Source of the DNA: an uncultured Bacilli bacterium
Lineage (GTDB): Bacteria; Bacillota_I; Bacilli_A; RF39; UBA660
Length of the DNA: 50,949 nt
Reading direction: 5' to 3'
Assembly (NCBI GenBank): GCA_947623665.1
Contig: CANQHJ010000002.1
Span: 1 to 50,949 of the forward strand
Shown: in pieces, positions 27,175 to 36,663 of the stretch
How positions within the stretch are numbered: position 1 is the stretch's first letter
Layout of the letters: every line of letters starts with the position of its first letter
Notes under the pieces: generated by a model
What the model was told of the DNA's origin: nothing
What the model saw: only the letters and a program-made list of their open reading frames with translations
Databases searched by the model: none
Translations under genes and position numbers: made by a program

Positions 27175-28512
27175 ATGGAAAAAGAAAAATTAGAATTATT
27201 ATTAGATGAGAAGAATTATAAAAAAGCAAAAGAATTGCTTCTTGAAATGAATGAACATGATATTGCCTCCATTATAGAAGATTTACCTATTAATGAACTT
27301 GCAAAAGTATTTAGATTACTTCCTAAAGATATGGCTACTAAAGTATTTGTAAATATGGAAGATGTAGTACAGAAAGATTTGATAACTTTACTTTCTGATT
27401 TAGAAGCTGTTTATTTGCTTGAAGATATGTTTACTGATGATGCAGCTGATTTACTTGATGAGATGCCAGCAATGATTGTTAAATCACTTCTTAATAATGT
27501 ATCTCATGATAGAAGAAATCACATTAATTCACTTTTAAAGTATCCTGATAATAGTGCTGGTACTTTAATGGCTATGGAATATATACATTTAAAAAAAGGA
27601 CTTACTGTTAAAGAGTCAATTGATAGTATTAGAAATCAAAAAGAAGATTTTGTTTCATATGATTCTTGTTTTGTTACAGATGATGAGAGAAGATTACTTG
27701 GTAGAGTTTCTATTAAGAATTTGATTTTAGCAAATCCTGATGATTTAATTGATAACGTTATGGAAAAGTGTAGACATGTTGTAAATACTACTCTTGATCA
27801 AGAAGATGTAGTTAAGTGTTTCCAAGATTATGATTATAGATCTTTGCCAGTTGTGGATAATGAAAATAGATTAGTTGGAATTATTACTATTGATGATGTA
27901 ATGGATGTTATGGAAGCTGAAGCAACAGAAGATATGGAAAAGATGGCTGCAATTGTTCCAACTGAAAAACCTTATGATAAAGTTACAATCTTTGAAACGT
28001 TTAAAGCTAGAATTCCTTGGTTGTTACTTTTAATGATTTCGGCAACTTTTACGGGAAAAATTATTCAAAGTTTTGAAAATCAATTAGCGGCTTATACAAT
28101 ACTTACAGCATTTATTCCAATGCTTATGGATACTGGAGGAAATGCAGGAGGACAAGCAAGTGTTAGTATTATAAGAGCTTTATCTTTAAATGATATAGAG
28201 TTTAAAGATTTATTTAAAGTAATTTGTAAAGAGTCTGGGGTTGCTGTGTTGTGTGCAGTTACTTTAGGAATATGTAATTTTGTGAAAATAATATTGATTG
28301 ATAAAGTAACAGTACCAGTTGCATTATGTGTTTGTATAACTTTAGTATTAGTTGTGATACTAGCTAAATTTATTGGATGTACTTTACCTATGTTTGCTAA
28401 AAAAATAGGATTTGATCCTGCGGTTATGGCTAGTCCATTTATCACAACTATAGTAGATGCTTGTTCTTTACTTATATATTTTAAAGTAGCAGGACTTATA
28501 TTAGGATTTTAA
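27175..28512 (+). CDS. mgtE: Magnesium transporter MgtE
   Basis: MgtE N-domain, a CBS pair, and a C-terminal 5-TM module with PMLMDTGGNAGGQ. Confidence 0.9.
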   Translation: MEKEKLELLLDEKNYKKAKELLLEMNEHDIASIIEDLPINELAKVFRLLPKDMATKVFVNMEDVVQKDLITLLSDLEAVYLLEDMFTDDAADLLDEMPAMIVKSLLNNVSHDRRNHINSLLKYPDNSAGTLMAMEYIHLKKGLTVKESIDSIRNQKEDFVSYDSCFVTDDERRLLGRVSIKNLILANPDDLIDNVMEKCRHVVNTTLDQEDVVKCFQDYDYRSLPVVDNENRLVGIITIDDVMDVMEAEATEDMEKMAAIVPTEKPYDKVTIFETFKARIPWLLLLMISATFTGKIIQSFENQLAAYTILTAFIPMLMDTGGNAGGQASVSIIRALSLNDIEFKDLFKVICKESGVAVLCAVTLGICNFVKIILIDKVTVPVALCVCITLVLVVILAKFIGCTLPMFAKKIGFDPAVMASPFITTIVDACSLLIYFKVAGLILGF

Positions 28513-28523
28513 TCCAAAAGAAA

Positions 28524-28552
28524 AGAAGCAATTTTAATGGTTGCTTCTTTTT
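28524..28552. terminator. Bidirectional terminator between mgtE and the LCP gene
   Basis: AGAAGCAA (28524-28531), 9-nt loop, TTGCTTCT (28541-28548), flanked by A- and T-runs. Confidence 0.6.
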
Positions 28553-30566
28553 ATGGTGTATCTTCTTCTCCTTTTTCATTATCATTTGTACATTGTGGAT
28601 TAGTAGGATCTGATCCACATACACATTCTTTACTTGTTTTATCTTTATAACATGAACATGCTGTGCTATTTGGATCAGTATCACAAGGAGTAGTTTTTAC
28701 TTCTTCTTTTGGCTCTGTTGTTGTTTTATTAGTGGTTGTATTGTTTGTACTTGTTCCTCCTGAAAGTGTTAGAGTAATAGTTCCAGCTTTATCTATTCTT
28801 TGGTTTGCTTTTCCTGATTGAGATACTACTGTTCCACCACTTCCTACAAATCTAACTTTTATTCCATATCTATTTGCAATAGATTGTGCAACTGATTGTG
28901 AATAACCAACGAAGTTTGGTACTAATGTATATTCTGTATCTTCTTTATATGGACCATATCCTATAATTTCTTTTTCATATGGTTCATTTATTGAGAAGTT
29001 AAGTTTCTTTATTGTTTTATGTTTTTTCTTTCCTAAGTTGATATACATTGCTTCTTTAATATCTTTTTTACTTTTCTTACTTGGTACGTAATCCCATAAT
29101 ACCATTTTCATTCTTTCATCATAAATCATTTGTCCACTACCTTGTAGGTATAGTTGTTGAATGCTTATAACATCTGAATCATCTTTAGCAAGGGACTTCT
29201 TTAATATATCTTTACCAATATTATAGAATGAAAGTATTTGTGAAGTAGTAAAGTTTGTATCTAAGTTAGCAGAGATTGTATTTAATATTTCTGTGAATTT
29301 TTTTACGCTTGAAATATTTTTCATTTTATTTATTAAAGCTTGAATAACTAATTGTTGATTTTGTCCACGATCTAAATCTCCACCTTGTAATTGTTTCCTG
29401 TTTCTAGCAAGTACTAAGGCTTCTTCACCATTTAAGTGTTGCATTCCTTCTTTTATACATACTTGTTTCCATCTATTAGAATCATCTGTACATAAATCAG
29501 CAGGAACTTCGGCATCAATTCCTCCAACAGCATCTACTAAGTGAACTAAACCTTTAAAGTTTATTTTTGCATAATAGTCGATTGTAATGTCAAAGTAATT
29601 TTCTATCGTTTTCATCATGCAATCTGTTCCATACCAAGCAGCATGTGTTATTTTATTTTCGGCATGATCATTAAAACAAGCAATTGGGACATAACTATCT
29701 CTTGGAATTGAAAGCATTGTTGCACTTAATGTTTTAGGATTAAATGTAACTAATATAAGTGAATCTCCATTAGCAACTGCGTTTTGTTCTAGACCTTCTT
29801 CTATTGAATCAATTCCCATTAATAAAATTGTAAATGGTTCTTTTAGGCTTTTTCCTGTTGACTTATTATCACTGTCTGATTTTTTCTCCATCTTTTTGGA
29901 TTTTTTAGCAATTACTTTTGTATCGGTTGCAATGTTTTCATATTCTGGAATAGATGAATACATTGAAACATAATCACTAGATATAAACATAGCATCTATT
30001 TCATCATTATATAAATCAGAAATCATTTGTGAATAGTCATCATATTTTTTTATATCATTTTCATCTTCTAATTTATTTTTTTCAATCATTTCTAATGGGA
30101 TAATATATCCATCAGGAGACTTTTTATCTTTTATCATTCCAATAGTAGCATCTTCTAAATCTTTAGCAGTGTTTGCTGCATTTGTACCTTTTACAACTAA
30201 ACTAGAAGAGTAGGTTACATATTTTTTATTAACACTGCTTATTAGATTATATCCATATGTTATTATTATTCCAATTGCAATGTAAATAATTGTAAGTAAA
30301 AGTATAAAGGTAAGTAAAACTCTATGTCTTTTTTTCTTTTTGTTTTTAAATATTAAGATAGTCTTTATTAAGAAGAATAAATCTAGTACTATGAATGCTC
30401 CTATTACTATGTATCTTATTAAATCTTCTATGCTATCTAATAAAAATAAATTGTATATTGCAAATACACTAGCAGCCAAATTTATTATTTGCAAAATTAA
30501 TATTAATATTTGATTTGTGGGTTTTTTAGGTTTTTTTACTTTTTTCTTTTGGTTTTCATTTTCCAT
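28551..30566 (-). CDS. LytR-CpsA-Psr (LCP) glycopolymer ligase with PASTA-like domain and Cys-rich tail
   Basis: Three N-terminal TMs. LCP motifs FTILLMGIDS, GDSLILVTFNP, SIPRDSYV and ARNRK..GGDLDRGQNQQ. The PASTA-like segment is VPNFVGYSQSVAQSIANRYGIKVRFVGSGGTVVSQSG...ITLTLS. Six Cys lie in the last about 45 aa. Confidence 0.85.
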   Translation of the reverse strand: MENENQKKKVKKPKKPTNQILILILQIINLAASVFAIYNLFLLDSIEDLIRYIVIGAFIVLDLFFLIKTILIFKNKKKKRHRVLLTFILLLTIIYIAIGIIITYGYNLISSVNKKYVTYSSSLVVKGTNAANTAKDLEDATIGMIKDKKSPDGYIIPLEMIEKNKLEDENDIKKYDDYSQMISDLYNDEIDAMFISSDYVSMYSSIPEYENIATDTKVIAKKSKKMEKKSDSDNKSTGKSLKEPFTILLMGIDSIEEGLEQNAVANGDSLILVTFNPKTLSATMLSIPRDSYVPIACFNDHAENKITHAAWYGTDCMMKTIENYFDITIDYYAKINFKGLVHLVDAVGGIDAEVPADLCTDDSNRWKQVCIKEGMQHLNGEEALVLARNRKQLQGGDLDRGQNQQLVIQALINKMKNISSVKKFTEILNTISANLDTNFTTSQILSFYNIGKDILKKSLAKDDSDVISIQQLYLQGSGQMIYDERMKMVLWDYVPSKKSKKDIKEAMYINLGKKKHKTIKKLNFSINEPYEKEIIGYGPYKEDTEYTLVPNFVGYSQSVAQSIANRYGIKVRFVGSGGTVVSQSGKANQRIDKAGTITLTLSGGTSTNNTTTNKTTTEPKEEVKTTPCDTDPNSTACSCYKDKTSKECVCGSDPTNPQCTNDNEKGEEDTP

Positions 30567-30691
30567 AATTTATAGGTCCTCCAAATTTTAAACTCTATAT
30601 AATTATATCGGAATAGGTAGTATTTTTCAATGTTTTTGTGTAATTTTTATAAAACATGTTATAATTAAAGAGAAGAGTGAAATTATCTTTA

Positions 30692-30720
30692 TTGCTTTAA
30701 TAGAAAATATGCTTTATAAT
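30692..30720 (+). promoter_or_regulatory. Sigma-A-type promoter of the glycopolymer operon
   Basis: TTGCTT (30692-30697), 17-nt spacer, TATAAT (30715-30720), 20 nt upstream of ATG 30740. Confidence 0.45.
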
Positions 30721-30739
30721 GAGTTTAGGGTGGTAAAAG

Positions 30740-31630
30740 ATGAAAAAAAGTAATAAGAAAATAGGTTTTATTATAATAAATTATAATGATTATGAGTCGA
30801 CTAAAAAATTACTTTGGAATATTAAAGATTATAAATGTTTAGATTTAATTGTTGTTGTGGATAATAATTCTACGGATGATAGTTTTAATAAACTTAAAAA
30901 GTTGAAAACTTTAAGTAATAAAAATATTGATTTTATTAAAACAAATGAAAATGGGGGATATGCAAAAGGACTTAATTTTGGAGCACGTTATGCTTTGAAG
31001 AAACTTAAAAAGGCTAATTTAATTTTTTCTAATTCGGATATTATCGTTAATAGTGAGGATGATATTAAAAAACTTTCAAGTGATATTAATAATCATGGTA
31101 TTGGTATTGGTGTAGTCGGACCTACTATAGTTGAGAGAGATAAATTAAATAGAGGTTGGAAGATGCCTAGTGTTAATGATGAGATTAAAGCAAATCTTCC
31201 ACTTATAAGTCGTTATTTTAATAGAAGTCGTTATTATAGTGATGATTATTATAAAGGACATAATAGTTTTGTTTCTGTTGTATCAGGTAGTTTTTTTATG
31301 GTTGATGGAGATTTACTTAAAGATATAGATTTTTTTGATGAGAATACTTTTCTTTATTATGAGGAAAATATTTTTTCTAAGAAAATTGAAAAAACTCATA
31401 GAAAAGTTGCGGTTGATAATGACGTTAGAGTTATACATAATCATTCAGTTACAATAGATAAGAATTTTAAAAGAGTAGAAAAATATAAAGAATTAAAGAA
31501 AAGCCAAAGATATTTTGTAAGTGAATATTTGGATGCTAGTGGTTTTCAATTGTTTTTGTTGGATGCTACTAATAAGTTATCACTTTTTGTTCTACATATT
31601 AGAAATTTATTTAGGAGGGATGTTAAATAA
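30740..31630 (+). CDS. Family 2 glycosyltransferase
   Basis: IIINYNDYEST, VVDNNSTDDS and the following acidic motifs are typical of GT-A/GT2. The stop overlaps the rmlA ATG (TAATG). Confidence 0.8.
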   Translation: MKKSNKKIGFIIINYNDYESTKKLLWNIKDYKCLDLIVVVDNNSTDDSFNKLKKLKTLSNKNIDFIKTNENGGYAKGLNFGARYALKKLKKANLIFSNSDIIVNSEDDIKKLSSDINNHGIGIGVVGPTIVERDKLNRGWKMPSVNDEIKANLPLISRYFNRSRYYSDDYYKGHNSFVSVVSGSFFMVDGDLLKDIDFFDENTFLYYEENIFSKKIEKTHRKVAVDNDVRVIHNHSVTIDKNFKRVEKYKELKKSQRYFVSEYLDASGFQLFLLDATNKLSLFVLHIRNLFRRDVK

Positions 31631-32508
31631 TGAAAGGTATAATTTTAGCTGGGGGTACTGGTTCAAGACTTTTTCCAATTACTGAGGGTGTTAGTAAACA
31701 ATTAATGCCTATTTATGATAAACCTATGATATTTTATCCTTTATCTACTTTAATGAGTGCTGGTATTAGGGATATTTTACTTATTTCAACAGAGGAGGAT
31801 CAAGCATCTTTTAAAAGACTTTTAGGAGATGGCTCTAAATTTGGTGTTAATATTAAATATGTTATTCAACCAAGTCCAGATGGTCTTGCTCAAGCATTTT
31901 TACTTGATAAGGAATTTATTAAAGATGAAAGTGTTGCAATGATACTTGGAGATAATATATTTTATGGTGCTAATATGACTGATAAATTATTAGAAGCAAA
32001 GACTAATGCTGAAAATGGTAAGGCTACTATTTTTGGATATCAAGTAAAAGATCCAGAAAGATTTGGAATTATGGAAATAAATAGTGAGGGTAAGGTTTTA
32101 AGTGTTGAAGAAAAACCAGAGCATCCTAAAAGTGATTATGCAATTACTGGTCTTTATTTTTATCCAAGTGATGTAGTTAGTCATGCGGAAAAAGTAGAAC
32201 CTTCTGCAAGAGGAGAATTAGAAATTACTACTTTAAATGATTTTTATTTACAAGAAGATAGATTACAAAGTGAGTTATTAGGAGATGGTTATACTTGGTA
32301 TGATACTGGTACTTTTGAGTCTATGAATGAGGCTAGTAATATGATTAAGTCTGTTGAGACACAGGGTAATAGGCTTATTTGTTCACCTGAGGTTATTGCG
32401 TATAATAATGGATGGTTAGATAAAAATATATTACAAAAAAGAGCAGAGCTTTTAAGTAAAAATACTTATGGTAAATATTTAGAAAATATTATAAAGAAAG
32501 GTCGTTAA
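31630..32508 (+). CDS. rfbA: Glucose-1-phosphate thymidylyltransferase
   Basis: ILAGGTGSRLFPIT and YDKPMIFYPL motifs. 292 aa. Confidence 0.92.
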   Translation: MKGIILAGGTGSRLFPITEGVSKQLMPIYDKPMIFYPLSTLMSAGIRDILLISTEEDQASFKRLLGDGSKFGVNIKYVIQPSPDGLAQAFLLDKEFIKDESVAMILGDNIFYGANMTDKLLEAKTNAENGKATIFGYQVKDPERFGIMEINSEGKVLSVEEKPEHPKSDYAITGLYFYPSDVVSHAEKVEPSARGELEITTLNDFYLQEDRLQSELLGDGYTWYDTGTFESMNEASNMIKSVETQGNRLICSPEVIAYNNGWLDKNILQKRAELLSKNTYGKYLENIIKKGR

Positions 32509-32509
32509 T

Positions 32510-33076
32510 ATGAAAAAGATTAATACTGATTTAAAAGATTGTTATATAATTGAACCTGATGTTTTTTTAGATGAAAGAGGATATTTTAGTGAGTATTATA
32601 GTACTTTAAAATTTGAAAATGATGAGTTAGATTCTATTTTCAATGGAGTTGTTCAAGCTAATAGGTCTAAGAGTTGTAAAGGGACTCTTCGTGGAATGCA
32701 TTTTCAAAAAGGAGAGCATGCTCAAGCTAAGTTAGTTGAATGTGTTAAGGGTGCTGTTTTGGATGTTGTTGTGGATATGAGAAGAGATTCTTATAGTTTT
32801 GGAAAATGGATAAGTGTAGAACTTACTGCTCTTAATCATAGACAACTTCTAGTACCTAAAGGATTTGCTCATGGATTTTTAACACTTGAGGATGATACTG
32901 TTTTTCAATATTTGGTAGATAGTTTATATAATCCTGATAGTGAAGGTGGATTTGCTTATAATGATAAAGAGGTAAATATTGATTGGCAGTTTGATAAGTA
33001 TGGAATAGATGAAGTTATTTTGTCTGATAAAGATAAAAGTAGGGGTAGTTTTTTGGAAAATAAAGATGATTGTTGA
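32510..33076 (+). CDS. rfbC: dTDP-4-dehydrorhamnose 3,5-epimerase
   Basis: Cupin-fold RmlC motifs DERGYF, LRGMHFQ, AKLV.CV.GAVLDVVVDMR and HGF. Confidence 0.9.
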   Translation: MKKINTDLKDCYIIEPDVFLDERGYFSEYYSTLKFENDELDSIFNGVVQANRSKSCKGTLRGMHFQKGEHAQAKLVECVKGAVLDVVVDMRRDSYSFGKWISVELTALNHRQLLVPKGFAHGFLTLEDDTVFQYLVDSLYNPDSEGGFAYNDKEVNIDWQFDKYGIDEVILSDKDKSRGSFLENKDDC

Positions 33077-33085
33077 GGAGAAATT

Positions 33086-34694
33086 ATGGCTAAAAAATAT
33101 AGAATTGCTCATGTAGGAACTTTTGATGTAGAAAATTATGGTGATTTGTTATTTCCTACAGTGTTAAAACATAATTTTTTGGATTATGAAATAGACCTTT
33201 TTTCACCCATAGGGGGGGGGTCAATTCTTACCAAATAAGGAAGATGTTTTTTCTATAAAGGATTTGGAAAAGAAACATTTGGAAAATAGATATGATGCTA
33301 TTGTGATAGGTGGAGGTAATTTAATAAGAACTGACTCTGTTGTTGCTTACACTTATGAAAAGTCTAATGATGTTTCTTTGAGTTTATGGGCTTTGCCTAC
33401 ATTAATAGGAAAAAAATATAATATACCAGTATTATATAATTGTCCTGGTGTATTAAGACAGTTTAAAAGATGTGAAAGAGAAGTAATAAAAGAAATATTT
33501 AAAGATGTAGATTATATTTCTGTTAGAGATGAAGATTCTAAGTTATTGTTAGAAGAATGTGGAGTTTCTTCTGTAAAAGTAGTGCCTGATACAGTTCTTA
33601 GTATTGATAATATTATAAAATATGAAGATACAAAGAGAATAAAAAAACAACTTGAAAAAGATAAGAAGATTCCTAAATTAGAAAATTATATTGTAATTCA
33701 ACATATTAGATTTAATTTAGATGATGAACATTATGTTAATGAGTTAAAGAAGTTAATGAATATAATTATTGAAGAGTATAATTATAATATTCTTCTGTTA
33801 CCTATTGGATATGTTCATTTTGATATAGAAGCAATGGAGAAACTTAATGATTTAGAAAATGAAAATATTAAGATGATAAAAAATAAACTTAATCCATTAG
33901 AAATGTTGAGTGTGATTGCAAATAGTTGTGGTTATATTGGAACAAGTATGCATGGTGAAGTTACTGCTTATGCTTATGGTAAACCTATATTGATGATTAA
34001 TACAGATAATATGGTTAAAAGAAGTGGATTAGTAAAAATTATTAATAGAGAAAATATAGAAGTAAATAATATCGATGAACTAATAGAAATATTTAGAGAA
34101 CATTTTTTTGATGAGGTAAATAAAGATGATAAAAATGAGATTAATAAAAAAATAAAAACTCATTTTAAAAATATTAGAGATATTATAGAATCTGGAAAAA
34201 GGAAAAATTATTTTAATGTAGAATTTGATATTTTAAAAAGTGCTTTTAATGGTTTTGAATTAAAAGGTGAAGTATATGATACTATATCCGTTTATTTAGA
34301 TAATGGATGTGGATATTCTGAAGAATTAAAAAAAGAAATAAAGGTAGATAATTGTAATAAAATAAAATTTAATATGAGTTTTTCTGATGAGGTAAGACAA
34401 ATACGTATTGATCCTTTTGAAGGAGTTATAGTTAAAGTTAATAAAATAGAAATTAAATCTAATGATAAAATATTAGATTATAAGATACCTGATATGTATT
34501 TAGATAAATATATTCTTTCTGTTGATCCAAATATTTATGTAGATATAGACTTTTCTGTTAAAGATATTGATGTAGAAATGGATATTGAAATAGTAGATTA
34601 TAGTTCTTTAGTTAATTTATATAAAGACGAAATAAAAAATAAAGATAATGTAGATAATAATAGATCTATAATAAGAAAAATATTTAAAAGATAA
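33086..34694 (+). pseudogene. Polysaccharide pyruvyl transferase family gene, frame-shifted at a G9 tract (OFF phase, or a sequencing error)
   Basis: ATG 33086 lies behind a strong GAGGAG RBS and opens a 50-aa reading frame (..ENYGDLLFP..SPIGGG) that stops at 33236-33238. The +1 frame continues without a stop from the G-tract into ORF 33264-34694 (GGGQFLPNKEDVFSIKDLEKKHLENRYDAIVIGGGNLI..., ISVRDEDS). A G8 tract would give one ORF of about 535 aa. Confidence 0.7.
33212..33220 (+). repeat. Homopolymeric G9 tract inside a coding region
   Basis: Counted directly: a + 9 g at 33211-33220. It is by far the longest G/C run I saw in this AT-rich window. Confidence 0.9.
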
Positions 34695-34711
34695 ATAAAG
34701 GAGGTTGTTAG

Positions 34712-35560
34712 ATGAAGTTTTTTATAACTGGTAGTGGAGGGCAACTAGGATATGATATTATTTTAGAACTTGAAAAAAGAGGATATAAAGATATTGTCGC
34801 ACCTACTTTAGAGGAGTTAGATATTACTAATAGAGATAAAGTTATTGAGATGATTACCTTGGTAAAGCCTGATGTTATTTTTCATTGTGCTGCATATACT
34901 GCGGTTGATAGTGCTGAGGATAATAAAGATATTTGTTATAAGGTTAATGTTGATGGTACTAAGAATATAGTGGATGCTAGTAAAATGGTAGATGCTAAAA
35001 TTATTTTTATGAGTACTGATTATATTTTTGATGGAGAAAAAAGTGGAGAATATGTAGAGGCAGATATTCCTAATCCTAAGAATGTTTATGGAGAAAGTAA
35101 AGTGTTAGGAGAAGAGATAGTAAGAAGTAATCCTAAACATTTTATTACTCGTATTTCTTGGGTGTTTGGTAAGAATGGTAAAAATTTTATTAAGACTATG
35201 TTAGAACTTTCTAAAACAAAAACAGAGTTGAATGTAGTATCTGATCAAATAGGTTCTCCTACTTATACAGTTGATTTGGCTAAAGTATTAGTTGATATGT
35301 CTTTTTCTTCTTTGTATGGTACTTATAATGTTACTAATAGTGGTTATTGTTCTTGGGCAGAGTTTGCAGATGAGATATTTAAGAAAGCTGGTAAGGATGT
35401 ATTAGTTAATCATATTAATAGTGAAGAGTATCCACAAAAGGCATATCGTCCTAGAAATTCTAAGCTTAATAAAGAAAAACTTAAAAATAATTTTTCTTTG
35501 CTTCCTACTTGGCAAGATGCAGTGGAGAAATATTTAAAAGAAATAGAGGTGATAAAATGA
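34712..35560 (+). CDS. rfbD: dTDP-4-dehydrorhamnose reductase
   Basis: Rossmann motif ITGSGGQLG, catalytic YGESK, 282 aa. The stop overlaps the rfbB ATG (ATGA). Confidence 0.9.
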   Translation: MKFFITGSGGQLGYDIILELEKRGYKDIVAPTLEELDITNRDKVIEMITLVKPDVIFHCAAYTAVDSAEDNKDICYKVNVDGTKNIVDASKMVDAKIIFMSTDYIFDGEKSGEYVEADIPNPKNVYGESKVLGEEIVRSNPKHFITRISWVFGKNGKNFIKTMLELSKTKTELNVVSDQIGSPTYTVDLAKVLVDMSFSSLYGTYNVTNSGYCSWAEFADEIFKKAGKDVLVNHINSEEYPQKAYRPRNSKLNKEKLKNNFSLLPTWQDAVEKYLKEIEVIK

Positions 35561-36561
35561 AATTTTTAATAACTGGAGGAGCAGGTTTTATTGGAAGTAA
35601 CTATTTACATTATGTTACAGAAAAATATAATGATGATTATTTTGTTTGTATAGACGCTTTAACTTATGCAGGTAATTATAATAATATTAAATCATTAGAA
35701 GAAAAGGATAATTTTAAATTTATAAAAGCAGATATTACTGATCGTGATGTTATATATCAAATATTTGAAGAAGAAAAGTTTGATTATGTCGTTAATTTTG
35801 CAGCAGAGTCTCATGTGGATAATTCTATTAAAAATCCAGAAGTGTTTTTGACTACTAATATTATTGGTACTGCAGTATTAATGGATGCTTGTTTAAAATA
35901 TGGTATTAAGAGATTTCATCAAATTTCAACAGATGAGGTTTATGGAGATTTACCACTTGATAGATTAGATTTATTATTTAAAGAAGATACTCCACTTCAT
36001 ACATCAAGTCCCTATTCATCTAGTAAAGCAAGTGCTGATTTATTAGCTATGGCATATCACAGAACTTTTAATCTTCCTGTTACAATAAGTCGTTGTTCTA
36101 ATAATTATGGTCCTTATCAATTTCCAGAGAAATTAATTCCTGTTGTTATATCAAAAGCATTAAAAAATGAGAAAGTTCCTGTTTATGGTAAGGGTGAAAA
36201 TGTAAGAGATTGGATACATGTTCATGATCATAATGTTGGTGTTGATATGATTGTAAGAAATGGTCGTGATGGAGAAGTTTATAATTTAGGAGGACATTCT
36301 GAAAGATGTAATTTGGATGTTGTAAAAACTATACTTCATCATCTTGGTAAGAGTGAGGATTTAATAGAGTTTGTAGGAGATAGACCAGGACATGATTTAC
36401 GTTATGCAATAGATTCTTCTAAAGTAGAAAAGGAACTTGGTTGGTCTTTAAGTTATAATTTTGAAGATGGGATTAAAGAGACTGTTGATTGGTATTTAAA
36501 TAATGAAGATTGGATAAATAATATTTTATCTGGTGAATATAAAAATAGTTATAAAAATTAA
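35557..36561 (+). CDS. rfbB: dTDP-glucose 4,6-dehydratase
   Basis: ITGGAGFIGSN, catalytic YSSSKASAD, and PGHDLRYAID near the C-terminus. ATG 35557 is the correct start, not the track start at 35509. Confidence 0.92.
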   Translation: MKFLITGGAGFIGSNYLHYVTEKYNDDYFVCIDALTYAGNYNNIKSLEEKDNFKFIKADITDRDVIYQIFEEEKFDYVVNFAAESHVDNSIKNPEVFLTTNIIGTAVLMDACLKYGIKRFHQISTDEVYGDLPLDRLDLLFKEDTPLHTSSPYSSSKASADLLAMAYHRTFNLPVTISRCSNNYGPYQFPEKLIPVVISKALKNEKVPVYGKGENVRDWIHVHDHNVGVDMIVRNGRDGEVYNLGGHSERCNLDVVKTILHHLGKSEDLIEFVGDRPGHDLRYAIDSSKVEKELGWSLSYNFEDGIKETVDWYLNNEDWINNILSGEYKNSYKN

Positions 36562-36564
36562 GTG

Positions 36565-36591
36565 ATATCCACAATTTTCTGTGGATATTTT
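36565..36591 (+). terminator. Rho-independent terminator after rfbB
   Basis: ATATCCACA (36565-36573), loop ATTTTC, TGTGGATAT (36580-36588), then TTT. Confidence 0.55.
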
Positions 36592-36663
36592 AAAATGTTG
36601 TAGATTTTAGGTAATTTATTTGTTAAAATGATTTATGTAGGCAGTAAAAAAGGTAGTGATTAT

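Noticed and set aside
28092-28684. Minus-strand ORFs 28092-28445 (inside mgtE) and 28496-28684 (alternative frame of the LCP 3' end)
   Set aside because: The first is antisense to mgtE. The second overlaps the LCP gene's Cys-rich tail in another frame and spans the intergenic terminator. Neither has independent support.
32924-33112. 62-aa minus-strand ORF across the rfbC 3' end
   Set aside because: It is antisense to rfbC and to the RBS/start of the pyruvyl transferase gene, so it is a shadow ORF.
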